A stretch of DNA of 64,000 nt from a virus (taxonomy: Duplodnaviria > Caudoviricetes). The stretch is from positions 39,363 to 103,362 of IMG/VR virus record IMGVR_UViG_2795385840_000015, one strand, 5' to 3'. Below the pieces are notes generated by a model. That model saw only the letters and a program-made list of their open reading frames with translations. It searched no databases and was not told the DNA's origin. This document shows positions 1 through 9,639 of this stretch, in pieces. How positions within the stretch are numbered: the first letter of the stretch is position 1; each line of letters begins with the position of its first letter. The position numbers and the translations under genes are program-made.

Positions 1-489
1 GCCAAGGCGCGGGTGACTAGTCCCCTCAATTTCAGTACGCTCGCCATCGCGCACCACGACAACTCGGGTTGGGTAGACCACGCCATTGACTACCTCACGG
101 GCGATACGTTCAACCTCTTCACGGTCAATAGCTTTGGGGGCACCGAAAATATCCTGCAACGCCTGCATAGCGGCTTGCGCCTTGTTGGCATCCATACCGG
201 GTGTCTGCCCGGTAGCCGTTGTGGTTGCTTGGGTGATCGCGGGCGCGGTTTCGCGTGGTGGCTGAGCGGTGGTGATCACATGCACACCCGAGCATTCGTG
301 CAAGGTCTCGTCGTAGTTCAACAGAACGTCATCGCCCACGCGCATACCGCAGTCATCGCACCAATTCTCATTGACAGCATCATCGGCAACGATGTGGCCC
401 TTGTAGAGGTTCATTGCGCCGCATCCCTCGCATGGGGTGCGCAGTGTGCGCTTGGAATGCTTGACGTAGGTGATTGTCGCGGTGGTCAT
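1..489 (-). CDS. Phage protein, partial (runs off window); N-terminus with Cys motifs, possibly of a MoxR-like AAA ATPase
   Basis: Manually translated MTTATITYVKHSKRTLRTPCEGCG..WCDDCG..EEVERIAREVV; AAGG RBS and SigA-like promoter upstream; ATPase motifs not in window. Confidence 0.6.
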   Translation of the reverse strand, partial: MTTATITYVKHSKRTLRTPCEGCGAMNLYKGHIVADDAVNENWCDDCGMRVGDDVLLNYDETLHECSGVHVITTAQPPRETAPAITQATTTATGQTPGMDANKAQAAMQALQDIFGAPKAIDREEVERIAREVVNGVVYPTRVVVVRDGERTEIEGTSHPRLG

Positions 490-544
490 AAGCTGGTCGC
501 CTTTACTTGGGTTGAAAAGTGGTTGGTTGGTTGGTGTGGTTAAG

Positions 545-573
545 ACTGTACATGCCGTGTACAACCGGTGCAA
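545..573 (-). promoter_or_regulatory. Leftward SigA-like promoter overlapped by a 17-bp operator
   Basis: Minus strand TTGCAC-17 bp-TACAGT; TGTACA-TGCCG-TGTACA at 547-563. Confidence 0.7.
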
Positions 574-577
574 GTAC

Positions 578-844
578 TTACGCACTTTGGGCGTCGTACT
601 CCCAATCCCAATTACGTTCGTCTCCGAACTCGTCGTATTCGTCGGTCACGGAGGCGCGGGCGGCGAGGATTGCGTCACGGTCAGCCGTGGTCAATGGCAC
701 GTACGCAATAGGCCCTGTACCGCCCGCTGGCTTAACCATCGCGGTTTCATGGGTAGGCGATACCCAAATGACAGTGCCGGTGATTTGAGTGCCCGTTTGT
801 GGGTGAGTAATGGTTACGGCGTTGCCCTCGGTGTACACGTTCAT
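578..844 (-). CDS. Phage hypothetical protein
   Basis: 88 aa, ATGA overlap with upstream gene. Confidence 0.7.
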   Translation of the reverse strand: MNVYTEGNAVTITHPQTGTQITGTVIWVSPTHETAMVKPAGGTGPIAYVPLTTADRDAILAARASVTDEYDEFGDERNWDWEYDAQSA

Positions 845-987
845 TTGTCCCCGTCTTGGTTGGTATGGGTCGGGTATGCGGTGGCCCCGTCGCCCGTTCC
901 GCAGTACTCATCACGGCTATGCGTGTGGATCCAATTCGTGCCGTCTGATTCTTGAATCATCTCGTGACAGATGGCGCATGTTGCCAT
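841..987 (-). CDS. Small Cys/His phage protein (CxxC..HxH..C)
   Basis: MATCAICHEMIQE..WIHTHSRDEYCG; AAGGATGG upstream. Confidence 0.6.
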   Translation of the reverse strand: MATCAICHEMIQESDGTNWIHTHSRDEYCGTGDGATAYPTHTNQDGDK

Positions 988-1106
988 TGTGTCCATCCTT
1001 GGTATGTAGTAGGGGATTAGGCAGCGTAAAAAGTGAAGATCACGCGGCGACCTCCGTTGCCGTTGTACGGTACTCGCTTGAGTCACTGTCATACATCAGT
1101 CTGATT

Positions 1107-1334
1107 TCAGCCATTTCGGTACTCCGTTTTTGCCACGTCGTCTTTCTGAAAGTCACCCTCTACGAATTGGTGGCGTGGGATGGCTACTTGATTGCCGTAC
1201 TGGTTGCTGATCGCGACGGCGTCATGACGATTGACCCGTAATACCCGGAAGGTCTCACCGCTGTGTGTATTACGCACGGTGTCACCGGCAGCGACGACTT
1301 GGTCAACGCCTTTACCCGCCCAGTAATCATTCAT
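1107..1334 (-). CDS. Phage hypothetical protein
   Basis: 75 aa in leftward gene string. Confidence 0.65.
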   Translation of the reverse strand: MNDYWAGKGVDQVVAAGDTVRNTHSGETFRVLRVNRHDAVAISNQYGNQVAIPRHQFVEGDFQKDDVAKTEYRNG

Positions 1335-1338
1335 CTAT

Positions 1339-1620
1339 CTAGTCCTTATCGGCAGTAGAGGGCCAACGCTCGGCAGATGAATCACCGGCATCCTCTAAAT
1401 GCTCTTCAATGTCTTCGCCGGTACTACCCAGATGCTCGGAAACCCACACGTCGGCAATCTCGGTGTGACCGAGCGCCCGGAATAGATTTGCAAGCGCTTC
1501 CACCTCGGCGCAATTAAGTGTGGGCGCAATCTCAGAGGCTAAACCGCCATCACCAAATGCATCCGTGAACTTGTAAACCGAATCAAGCAAGTTCGGCCTA
1601 ACACTAGTGGCCGTATTCAT
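1339..1620 (-). CDS. Phage hypothetical protein
   Basis: 93 aa acidic, GGAG RBS, first gene after leftward promoter. Confidence 0.7.
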   Translation of the reverse strand: MNTATSVRPNLLDSVYKFTDAFGDGGLASEIAPTLNCAEVEALANLFRALGHTEIADVWVSEHLGSTGEDIEEHLEDAGDSSAERWPSTADKD

Positions 1621-1667
1621 AGTGCTGGTCTCCCGTGGTCAATGGGTAAGTGGTTGGTATGCGCATG

Positions 1668-1696
1668 ACTGTACATGGCATGTACAGCTTGGGCAA
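1668..1696 (-). promoter_or_regulatory. Leftward SigA-like promoter overlapped by a 17-bp operator
   Basis: Minus strand TTGCCC-17 bp-TACAGT; TGTACA-TGGCA-TGTACA at 1670-1686. Confidence 0.7.
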
Positions 1697-1748
1697 TACC
1701 TAAGCGCTAAACAGTGGGCCACCAGCGCATATGTACACACAACCCATC

Positions 1749-1765
1749 TGTACAGGGCATGTACA
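1749..1765. promoter_or_regulatory. Third copy of 17-bp operator
   Basis: TGTACA-GGGCA-TGTACA. Confidence 0.6.
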
Positions 1766-2019
1766 CACACGCCTCTATCCACCCATGCGCAGAGCCCTAA
1801 CCCACACGCACACCTAAGCCACTACACACACCCCGTATGAGGCCGATAGCAACGTAGCCAAAGCGCCCCCCAACAGCCATAACACCGCAGTTCGCAGGCA
1901 AACAACGCAACCACACAGGCCAGACCACGCACAGCCACACGAAACACTTAGGCAAAACGACCACACCTAGCTAACACGCTAAGTCGGCAAAGTAACCACA
2001 TAACCGCAGGTCAAGGCGT

Positions 2020-2100
2020 GCCTTAGGCCCCCTGGGGGGCTACCCGCGCTTCTGTGTGGCACACGCCTCGAACGGCCAGCGACCGCTCTCTCTCCGGCCG
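2020..2100. other. Probable packaging origin (cos/pac) region
   Basis: GCCCCC-TG-GGGGGC dyad at 2027-2040, CTCTCTCTCC tract, C/A to G/T skew switch, just upstream of terminase small subunit. Confidence 0.45.
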
Positions 2101-2215
2101 AAATGAGCCTGAGAGGGTTATCGGGGGTGCTGGAAAACGGCTGGTCGCACTTACAAAACCGCTGTTCGCGGCTCTTGGAGATGAATCGGGGGATTCTGAA
2201 ACTTAAGGGGGATTG

Positions 2216-2578
2216 ATGGACGACAAGATTCCTGCGGAGCTAGGGGAGTCTGGCCGGGATCTATGGGCCGGGGTCGCTAATGGTCGGGGGATGACTGCGG
2301 CGTCGCGGGCGCTTCTGCTGAATGCGTGTCGGATGGCTGATCGGCTTGACGATTTGGTGGAGAAGATCGGGGATCGGTTGACGGTGATTAATCACCAGGG
2401 CACGGAGACTATTAATCCGCTTATTGCGGAGCATCGTATGCAGTACACGGCGTTGGCGCAGGTGTTGGCGAAGATGGGTGTGGCTGAGTTGCCTAAGCCG
2501 AAGTCGGATAAGAAGTCGTCGCGGGATGAGTTGGCGGCTAAGCGCGCTGCTCGGGTAGCTGCCGCGAAGGCGGTTTAG
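2216..2578 (+). CDS. Terminase small subunit
   Basis: ACRMADRLDDL..INPLIAEHR..DELAAKRAAR, typical of actinophage TerS; position. Confidence 0.85.
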   Translation: MDDKIPAELGESGRDLWAGVANGRGMTAASRALLLNACRMADRLDDLVEKIGDRLTVINHQGTETINPLIAEHRMQYTALAQVLAKMGVAELPKPKSDKKSSRDELAAKRAARVAAAKAV

Positions 2579-2790
2579 TGGCCCGGATGTTGGGGCGTCA
2601 CCTTCGTGAGCCTTTGTTTTGTTTCTACGGCTGGAAATGCGCGTGTGAGCGTGGCCGGGTGAAGGCCCATCGCCGCAGTAGTGGCCGAAATGTTGATTTG
2701 TCACGTCGTATTCGTCGGCGCAGGGAGGCGCGCGAATGGCTGCGTGAAGCTTGGGGGGATTATGACGGCGGTATTGGAGCCGGAGACTGA
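2578..2790 (+). CDS. Small basic phage protein (C..CxC, Arg-rich)
   Basis: Start overlaps TerS stop; MARMLG..RRRREAREWLRE. Confidence 0.55.
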   Translation: MARMLGRHLREPLFCFYGWKCACERGRVKAHRRSSGRNVDLSRRIRRRREAREWLREAWGDYDGGIGAGD

Positions 2791-3511
2791 GACTCGCCAT
2801 GAGGGTCTAATCGGTGTTCAGCGTCCGCGTATTGAGCATTTCCCAGCTTATTTTACGACGCTTGGGGATGACGCTATCGACTTGTGTAATCAGTTTGGCT
2901 TGGATTTGCTTCCGTGGCAAGAGCTGCTGGTTAGGCAGTCGCTAGGTCAAAAGGGGAGTTCTACTGGGGACTCTGAGATTGACAAGTTTACGAGCGGAAT
3001 TACTTGGCAATGGTGCGCGTCTACGTGTTGCCTTATTGCCCCTCGCCAGAATGGCAAGAATGTGTGCGTTTATGCGCGGCAGCTGGCGGGGTTGTATCTG
3101 CTGGGTGAGCGCATTATGCATTCGGCGCACGAGTTCGATACCGCTAAGGATGCTCACCGTGAGTTGACGGCGATTATCGCTGGCGATGAGGACTTAGAGG
3201 ATGAGTGCAAGCTGCCTCACAAGATCGGGGCGGCTGAGCTTTCGGTAGTGCATAAGGAGTCGGGGGGCTTCATTCACTACGTTGCGCGCGGAAAGAACGC
3301 TAAGCGTGGTCGTACCCGCGTGGATCTGATGATTCTTGACGAGGCGTTTGCGCTGGATAACGACATGATGGGTTCGTTGTCGCCGCTACAGCAGGCGTCT
3401 AAGAATCCGCAGACTTGGTTGACCACCTCTGCCGGCACCGATGACTCGGATGTCTTGAAACGTATGCGCGAGTACGGCATGACGTTGGCCGGATTGCGGG
3501 ACGCGGCATGA
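2762..3511 (+). CDS. Terminase large subunit, ATPase domain
   Basis: LLPWQ Q-motif, Walker A APRQNGKN, Walker B LMILDEA, motif III TTSAG. Confidence 0.9.
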   Translation: MTAVLEPETETRHEGLIGVQRPRIEHFPAYFTTLGDDAIDLCNQFGLDLLPWQELLVRQSLGQKGSSTGDSEIDKFTSGITWQWCASTCCLIAPRQNGKNVCVYARQLAGLYLLGERIMHSAHEFDTAKDAHRELTAIIAGDEDLEDECKLPHKIGAAELSVVHKESGGFIHYVARGKNAKRGRTRVDLMILDEAFALDNDMMGSLSPLQQASKNPQTWLTTSAGTDDSDVLKRMREYGMTLAGLRDAA

Positions 3512-4359
3512 CGGCAGTCGAGTATGACGATCCGCCGTTTCTGTTCGCGGAGTGGTCATGCGCTGAGGGTTCGGACCCTGCCGATTTCGAGAACTGGAAG
3601 ATCGCTAATCCGTCGCTAGGCGTTAAGGGCATCGCTCCGGTGTCGGCTTTGCGTGAGGACTTCGAGGTCAAGATGGACCTCCAGCAGTTCGCGCGTGAGC
3701 ACCTGGGCATGTGGGACGACCCGCGCATGAATTCGGTTATCCCGTTTGAGGCTTGGGTGGCGTGTCAGCTGGACGACGTTCCCGATCCAGATGAGCCGGG
3801 TTCTATGCGGCCTCCGGTGGTGGATCTGGGGATGGTTGTTGCGTCGGTAGATGTGGCACCTGATCAGGCTTGGGCGTCTATTGCTATTGCGGGTAAGCGT
3901 CCTGATGGCCGGTCGCATATCGAGTTGGTTTGGGCGGCTGGCGGCACGGCGTGGGTGTTGCCGATGATGCAGCGACTTATCTCGTCTTCTAAGCCTCCGG
4001 TGGCGGTGGCTGTTCAGGCGGGTGCTGCTGCGGGTGCGTTGGGTCCGGAGCTTGAGCAGATCGGTTTGAAGGTCCGCTATTTCGGTACTCAGGATATTGC
4101 GCAGTCTACGGCGCAGTTTTACACAGACATTATTGATCAGAAGCTAACCCATTTGGACGATGACGCTCTATTTGAGTGTTTGGCGGGTGCGGCTAAATAT
4201 CCGATTGGTAAGCCGGAGCTTGAGCAGTGGGGCTGGCTCCGTAAGAGCACGTCTACCGATATTACGGGGATTGTTGCCGCCTGCTATGCAAATCGGCTTT
4301 TGACCTTGGAGGACGTTGAGGTAACGCTTAACGCTCCAAAGAAACATAGGTTGCTTTGA
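3508..4359 (+). CDS. Terminase large subunit, linker + nuclease domain
   Basis: EWS..ANPSLG..FAREHLG, VASVDVAPD, DITGIVA; ATGA overlap with ATPase ORF. Confidence 0.9.
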   Translation: MTAVEYDDPPFLFAEWSCAEGSDPADFENWKIANPSLGVKGIAPVSALREDFEVKMDLQQFAREHLGMWDDPRMNSVIPFEAWVACQLDDVPDPDEPGSMRPPVVDLGMVVASVDVAPDQAWASIAIAGKRPDGRSHIELVWAAGGTAWVLPMMQRLISSSKPPVAVAVQAGAAAGALGPELEQIGLKVRYFGTQDIAQSTAQFYTDIIDQKLTHLDDDALFECLAGAAKYPIGKPELEQWGWLRKSTSTDITGIVAACYANRLLTLEDVEVTLNAPKKHRLL

Positions 4360-5816
4360 GTTCTAATCTTATGGAGCTGCCATCGCGTTCGTTGACCTTG
4401 CCGTCGAGTATCGGTTCGCGTGATGTGGCTAAGTACATTCACGATGTTGTTTGGCCTGCGTTTGATGGTGAGCGCGGGCGGTTGCAAGTCATTGATGCGT
4501 GGGCTGATGGCAATCAGCCTGACTATGCGCGTGTTGCGGCTAAGAGTCCGGAGAAGCGGGCGTTGTTCCGGCTGTCTAAGACTCCGTGGTTGCGGCTGGT
4601 GGTTACGACGTTCGCGCAGTGTCTTTATGTGTCGGGGTATCGGCGCGAGGGGGATCGGGAGAACGCGGCGGGTCCGTGGCAGACGTGGATCGCTAACGCT
4701 ATGCCGCACCGGCAGATCGGTTTGCATCGGTCGGCGTTGACGTATGGGTATGCGTTTGCGATGGCTGAGCAGGGTACGGCGCTGGATGGCGCGAATCAGG
4801 CTGTGTTGACGGCTTATTCGCCGCGCCGGTTGTTCGCTTTGTATGAGGACACGGTTAATGATCCGTGGCCTAAGTATGCGTTGACGTTGCAGCCTGACGG
4901 TAAGACGGTTCGGTTTTGGACTGATCAGGTCTATTACGAGCTGGATATGCCGTCGCCCAACGAGTTTCCGCGTCCTCCGCGTGTGGTGGAGCACAACATT
5001 GGGGTTTGTCCGGTGGTCCGCTACACGAACGTGATGGATTTGGACGGTAAGACTCGGGGCGAGGTTGGCCCGCTGATTCCTGTGGCGACGCGTATCGACA
5101 AGACCGAACTGGATTTGCTTTATGCGCAGCATTACAACTCTTTTAAGGTCAAGTACGCCACGGGTATCACAGATATGGCTGAGGCGACCGATGAAGAGGC
5201 AGAGGCGTTTAGGCGCAGGCTTGAGAATGACGATATCTTGGCTCACACGTCCGAGAATGCGAAGTTTGGGACCCTTGATGAGACGCCGTTGGATGGGTTT
5301 ATTTCGTCTAAGCAGACGCATGTTGAGACGTTGGCTGCTATTGCGCAGTTGCCGTCTGATGTTTTGACCGGAAAGCTGGCGAATCTATCGGCTGAGGCTT
5401 TGGCGTCTGCGCGCGCTAACACCGAGGCGAAGCTAGCGGAGCGCAAGATGACTTTCGGGGCGTCGCATGCTCAATTGTTGCGTTTGTCTGCGCTTATCGA
5501 GGGCGATGCCGAGTCGGCTAATGACTTTACGGCTGATGTGCGTTGGGTTGATACGAGTATTCGTTCGCTTGCTCAGGCTGTTGATGCTTGGGGTAAGGCG
5601 GCTCAGATGCTCGGTATGCCGCGTGAGGAGTTGTGGGAGTTCGTTCCGGGTGTCGATGAGGCGAAGTTGCAGCAGATGAAAGAGCACGCGATGGATAACG
5701 ACGAGCTGACGAACATGCTGCGTTATTACGGCATGCAAGATCCGAATGCGCGGGCGGTGTCTGATCCGGCGGAGCGCAAGGGTGTTCCGGGGGCTCAGCC
5801 CGCGTTTGCGGCCTAG
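4356..5816 (+). CDS. Portal protein (SPP1 Gp6-like)
   Basis: 486 aa after terminase; HNIGVCPVVRY, ANLSAEAL. Confidence 0.9.
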   Translation: MSSNLMELPSRSLTLPSSIGSRDVAKYIHDVVWPAFDGERGRLQVIDAWADGNQPDYARVAAKSPEKRALFRLSKTPWLRLVVTTFAQCLYVSGYRREGDRENAAGPWQTWIANAMPHRQIGLHRSALTYGYAFAMAEQGTALDGANQAVLTAYSPRRLFALYEDTVNDPWPKYALTLQPDGKTVRFWTDQVYYELDMPSPNEFPRPPRVVEHNIGVCPVVRYTNVMDLDGKTRGEVGPLIPVATRIDKTELDLLYAQHYNSFKVKYATGITDMAEATDEEAEAFRRRLENDDILAHTSENAKFGTLDETPLDGFISSKQTHVETLAAIAQLPSDVLTGKLANLSAEALASARANTEAKLAERKMTFGASHAQLLRLSALIEGDAESANDFTADVRWVDTSIRSLAQAVDAWGKAAQMLGMPREELWEFVPGVDEAKLQQMKEHAMDNDELTNMLRYYGMQDPNARAVSDPAERKGVPGAQPAFAA

Positions 5817-5836
5817 TTTTTACTCGGGGGGTATTT

Positions 5837-6931
5837 GTGGCTACACGGCAAGGGGAGGCGGCTGAGAATCGATTTGAGCCGCTTCCCGAGCTGGCCGCGT
5901 TTTATGCGCAGCGACATATTCAGGATCAACAGAATGTGGCGGCTGCTACTGCTACCGGATTGGCGTTGTTGTGGCCGATTCTAAGTTACGGAAACCTAAG
6001 CCAGACGACGCCGGTTTGGGTTCATGCGACGACTCTTGAGATTGAGAAGCAATTCCGATTTTCAGAGGATTTGGCGTTTGAGTATGTGCAGGCCGCTAGG
6101 TGGTCTGTTAAGCCGGATGCACCGGCTTTAGCGAAGATCCCGACCGCGTTCCCAACAGAGGATGTCCAGTTGGCGATGCAGGTTACGGGGCCTTACGCGA
6201 TCAAAGCGAGGGTTGGCGATGCGCCCCCAGAAGGGGTGGTTGTTGACGACGTGATGTCGCAGGCGCGCACCAACACGACGGGTGTTGGGGTCAAGCATGC
6301 GATGAACGGTGGCCGTGGCGAGGTTCAGCAGCAGATCAGGGCTGAATTTGAGCAGGCGGTGGTGGCTGAGAACACGGCCAAAAAGGCCGGCGCATCGGTT
6401 ACCGACTTGTCCGCGCGTCGGGCGGATCGGAAGGCCATCGGCTATGCGCGGATGACGGATGATGATCCGTGTTATTTCTGCGCGATCTTGGCGTCGCAGG
6501 GCGCTACCTATTTGAATGAACATTCGTTTGATCTGTCAAATAGCAAGGTCCGCGATATTAAACGTAATGGACAGATTGTTGCTCACCGTCCGTTCGTTGG
6601 CGATGGTCCCGTGAAGGTGCATGACCATTGCCGCTGCCAGCTTAGGCCAGTTTATCGGAAAGCCGATGAGATGGATGAGCGCGCCAACTATTTCCTTGAG
6701 CAATGGAAAAAGTTTGGTGTAGGCGGCAAGGGTGATGATGGCGTTTATCGGAGCGCTATGCAGAACTTTAGGCGTAGCTATGTCGCGCCGCCACCTTATA
6801 AGGAGTCGCCAGCGGTTGATATCGCTGCGGTTCGCGCCAACCGGGAGGCGCTTATTTCTGCCGGGTTTGCAGTTGATTCGGCGAACGTCCGTTTTTATGA
6901 CCGTTCGCTTTCTTTACTAGAAGCAGTCTAG
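5837..6931 (+). CDS. MuF-like minor head / capsid maturation protein
   Basis: YAR..CYFCAILAS..HDHCRC motif; position. Confidence 0.8.
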   Translation: MATRQGEAAENRFEPLPELAAFYAQRHIQDQQNVAAATATGLALLWPILSYGNLSQTTPVWVHATTLEIEKQFRFSEDLAFEYVQAARWSVKPDAPALAKIPTAFPTEDVQLAMQVTGPYAIKARVGDAPPEGVVVDDVMSQARTNTTGVGVKHAMNGGRGEVQQQIRAEFEQAVVAENTAKKAGASVTDLSARRADRKAIGYARMTDDDPCYFCAILASQGATYLNEHSFDLSNSKVRDIKRNGQIVAHRPFVGDGPVKVHDHCRCQLRPVYRKADEMDERANYFLEQWKKFGVGGKGDDGVYRSAMQNFRRSYVAPPPYKESPAVDIAAVRANREALISAGFAVDSANVRFYDRSLSLLEAV

Positions 6932-6987
6932 GGGGGCGTTACGGCCGCGCTCGTTTATTGGCCGGGTTTTGTGGGGGAATTTTTCTA

Positions 6988-7614
6988 ATGAGTGATCTTG
7001 ATTTGACGACGCCAGAGGGCGGTGTGGCTGCGGCTGAGTCTGCGGCTGATAGTGCAGGTTCAGATGTCCGCGCGGGATCTGAAAGCGGCGCTAGCTCTGG
7101 CGGTGGTGAGTTTAAGGCCATCACGTCGCAAGAAGCTCTCGACGCTATTTTGACAAAGCGGTTGGAGCGTGCCGAGAAGGCTAGCTCTAAGAAGTATGGC
7201 GAGACGATCAAGTCTCTTGAGGACAAGATCGCGGCTTTCGAGACCGAGAAGCTTTCGGAGTCGGAGAAGCTACAGAAACGGCTAGAGGACGCGGAGAAGT
7301 TGGCGTCTGAGAGGGCCGGTGAACTGACCAAGTTGCAGCGTGAGCGCCAGGTGTTTGATCTTGCGCAGGAGCATGAGTTGCCGCGTGCGCTTTGGGATCG
7401 GGTTCGTGGGGACACGGATGAGGAAATTCTTGCCGATATTGAGGCTCTTAAGGGTGTTCTGCCCGGTAAGCCAGAGACCAAAGGCGGATTTCCACAGGGG
7501 CCGACTCGTACGACTGTGACGCCTACGGGCGATGCAGCCGATCCGGGTGACCTGACTGCCGACGACATTTTGAAGTCGCTTTCTTATTCCGCGTTTCCGC
7601 AGTCGTCTTACTAA
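6988..7614 (+). CDS. Scaffolding protein
   Basis: Acidic coiled coil, RVRGDTDEEILAD, before capsid. Confidence 0.85.
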   Translation: MSDLDLTTPEGGVAAAESAADSAGSDVRAGSESGASSGGGEFKAITSQEALDAILTKRLERAEKASSKKYGETIKSLEDKIAAFETEKLSESEKLQKRLEDAEKLASERAGELTKLQRERQVFDLAQEHELPRALWDRVRGDTDEEILADIEALKGVLPGKPETKGGFPQGPTRTTVTPTGDAADPGDLTADDILKSLSYSAFPQSSY

Positions 7615-7651
7615 TTGTTGAACAACTAAATAAAGAATCGGGGGGAGACTT

Positions 7652-8821
7652 TTGTCTCACATTTTTGTTAAGCCGTCGCTAGTGATTGAGACGGCTGTGA
7701 AGGTTCTGCGTCGGCAGATCGTTTTGCCTAATTACGTTCTTGCGAACGCTTTGGGCGATTTCGGGGGTTCTGCGAATGACACGATCAATGTGCGTGTCGG
7801 CGCGGTTATGGATTCGCGTACTCGTAAGTTCCGTGGCACTGGCGCTGAGCGCAAGGTGGTTATGGATGATCTAACCGAGACCAGCTTCCCTGTCACGTTG
7901 GATGACGTTATCTACAACGCTGTCACGTTGACTGATGAGCAGTTGACGTTGGATATTAAAGATTTCATCGAGCAGGTTATTGTGCCTCAGGTCGGTGGTG
8001 TCGCTTACGGTATCGAAAATTACTTGTACAAGCTGATTTCTTCGGCTCCGTATCAGGATACGCACTGGATTAATCCAGAGGACACGTTCCCGGCATTCGT
8101 GGATGCTCGGCGTGCTTTGAATGACGAGAATGTCGAATACAACGACCGTGTGATGATCGTTGGTTCGGCTGTCGAGTCTGCGTTGCTGAAAGATCCGCAG
8201 TTCCGGCGTTACGACGCTACGGGTTCCGAGCAGGCCGACGCCTTGCGTCAGGCTCACATCGGCAACGTGGCTGGTCTACCGGTGTTGCGTTCTAACGCTT
8301 TGAAGCCCGATGAGGCTTTCGAGTGGCAGCGCAACGCGTTCATCTATATCAACCGTGCGCCTAAGAAGCCTTTCTCTACGGCTATCAACGCTTACGGCTC
8401 GTACGCGGCTTCTAACGCGGCGTTCCGTTGGCTGGCTGACTACGACTTCGACAACTTGGCTGACCGGTCGTTGCTCGATACGTATGTCGGTTCGCGGGTG
8501 GTTTTGGAGCGTGACGGACGTTTCGTGCGTGGCGTGCGTTTGCAGCTGGCGGCTACTGGCATTTCTATCCCTAACCAGGGATTGACGGTTACGGCTGCTG
8601 CGGGTCCGAACAACACTGCAAAGGTGAAGGTTCTGGACTCGAATGGTGTTGACGTGACGGCTAAGTCAACGTTCAAGTCTGGCACCGAGGCTAAGGCTAC
8701 GGTTGTGGCTGACGGAACGGTCACGGGTGTCGCTACCGGCACGTCGGTGATTACCGCTACCTACAATCCACCGCAGGGCGGGGCTGCTGTGACGGCCACC
8801 GTGACGGCGAACGTGGTCTAG
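7652..8821 (+). CDS. Major capsid protein with C-terminal Ig-like (Big_2) domain
   Basis: P22-coat-like motifs (DTINVR, LTDEQLTLDI); C-term KATVVADGTVTGVATGTSVITATY. Confidence 0.9.
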   Translation: MSHIFVKPSLVIETAVKVLRRQIVLPNYVLANALGDFGGSANDTINVRVGAVMDSRTRKFRGTGAERKVVMDDLTETSFPVTLDDVIYNAVTLTDEQLTLDIKDFIEQVIVPQVGGVAYGIENYLYKLISSAPYQDTHWINPEDTFPAFVDARRALNDENVEYNDRVMIVGSAVESALLKDPQFRRYDATGSEQADALRQAHIGNVAGLPVLRSNALKPDEAFEWQRNAFIYINRAPKKPFSTAINAYGSYAASNAAFRWLADYDFDNLADRSLLDTYVGSRVVLERDGRFVRGVRLQLAATGISIPNQGLTVTAAAGPNNTAKVKVLDSNGVDVTAKSTFKSGTEAKATVVADGTVTGVATGTSVITATYNPPQGGAAVTATVTANVV

Positions 8822-8831
8822 GACGGTCGCT

Positions 8832-9308
8832 GTGGGTGCATTGGCGACTGTTGATGACCTACAGACCTTGATGGGTGTGACATTCACTCCAGAGCAGCGC
8901 GGCCAGGCCGAGTTTGTTCTGAGCATGGTGTCTGCGTGGGCGCGGGGGTATTCCGGTCAATCGTGGCCGGACCCCGCGTCCGCACCCGAGGATGTGCATT
9001 GGGTGGTGTTGTCGGCCGCTAAGCGCGAGCTGCGTAACCCTGACCGGGTGGTTTCTAAAGATAAGGGACCGTTTTCGGTTACTTACGATAAGCCGCCGGA
9101 TGGGGCGTTCTTGCCGGCGGAGTTGGCGATTCTGCGGAGGTTCCGTGGCGGGGGTGGTCTGTTCACGGTGAAGTTCGGCAGGTCGGATACCACGGTTGAT
9201 CCGTATGCGTTCGGTAAAGACGGGTTCCTAATCGACGGGGCGGGTGGCGACCCAATTCCCTACTACCGGCGCGATGAGCCTGGCTGGGAGGATTCGTACC
9301 ATTTCTGA
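8832..9308 (+). CDS. Head-to-tail adaptor
   Basis: LATVDDL..RELRNPD..GPFS. Confidence 0.8.
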   Translation: MGALATVDDLQTLMGVTFTPEQRGQAEFVLSMVSAWARGYSGQSWPDPASAPEDVHWVVLSAAKRELRNPDRVVSKDKGPFSVTYDKPPDGAFLPAELAILRRFRGGGGLFTVKFGRSDTTVDPYAFGKDGFLIDGAGGDPIPYYRRDEPGWEDSYHF

Positions 9309-9627
9309 GACTCTTACGGTTATCCGGGGTGGCTCGGATAAGTACGGTAATCCGAACAAGCAGCCTCACGGCACTATTCAAGGTCTGATTGGTTGGGGGA
9401 CGAGTCGCGGGGCTTTCTTCAAGGACTTGCGGGGCGAGTCCAACAAGATTAGTGCGACTTTGTTTGTGCGTAAGGGCACCGATGTTCAGGTTCGTGATCG
9501 CATTGTTCGGAAAAACGGTCAGAAGTTCATTGTCGGGCCGGTCATGTGGGATGAACCGGAGCCTTTCGGCGGTGATCCTTTCCTGGATGAGGACGTGGTT
9601 CACCTGTTGGAATCGGATAACGGCTAA
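9244..9627 (+). CDS. Head-to-tail stopper (start uncertain)
   Basis: DKYGNP..DVQVRDRI; position. Confidence 0.75.
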   Translation: MATQFPTTGAMSLAGRIRTISETLTVIRGGSDKYGNPNKQPHGTIQGLIGWGTSRGAFFKDLRGESNKISATLFVRKGTDVQVRDRIVRKNGQKFIVGPVMWDEPEPFGGDPFLDEDVVHLLESDNG

Positions 9628-9639
9628 GGGGGTATCGCT

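Noticed and set aside
13-1241. Plus-strand ORFs 13-543, 470-955 and 810-1241
   Set aside because: Shadows of the minus-strand genes, which have RBSs, coupling and promoters
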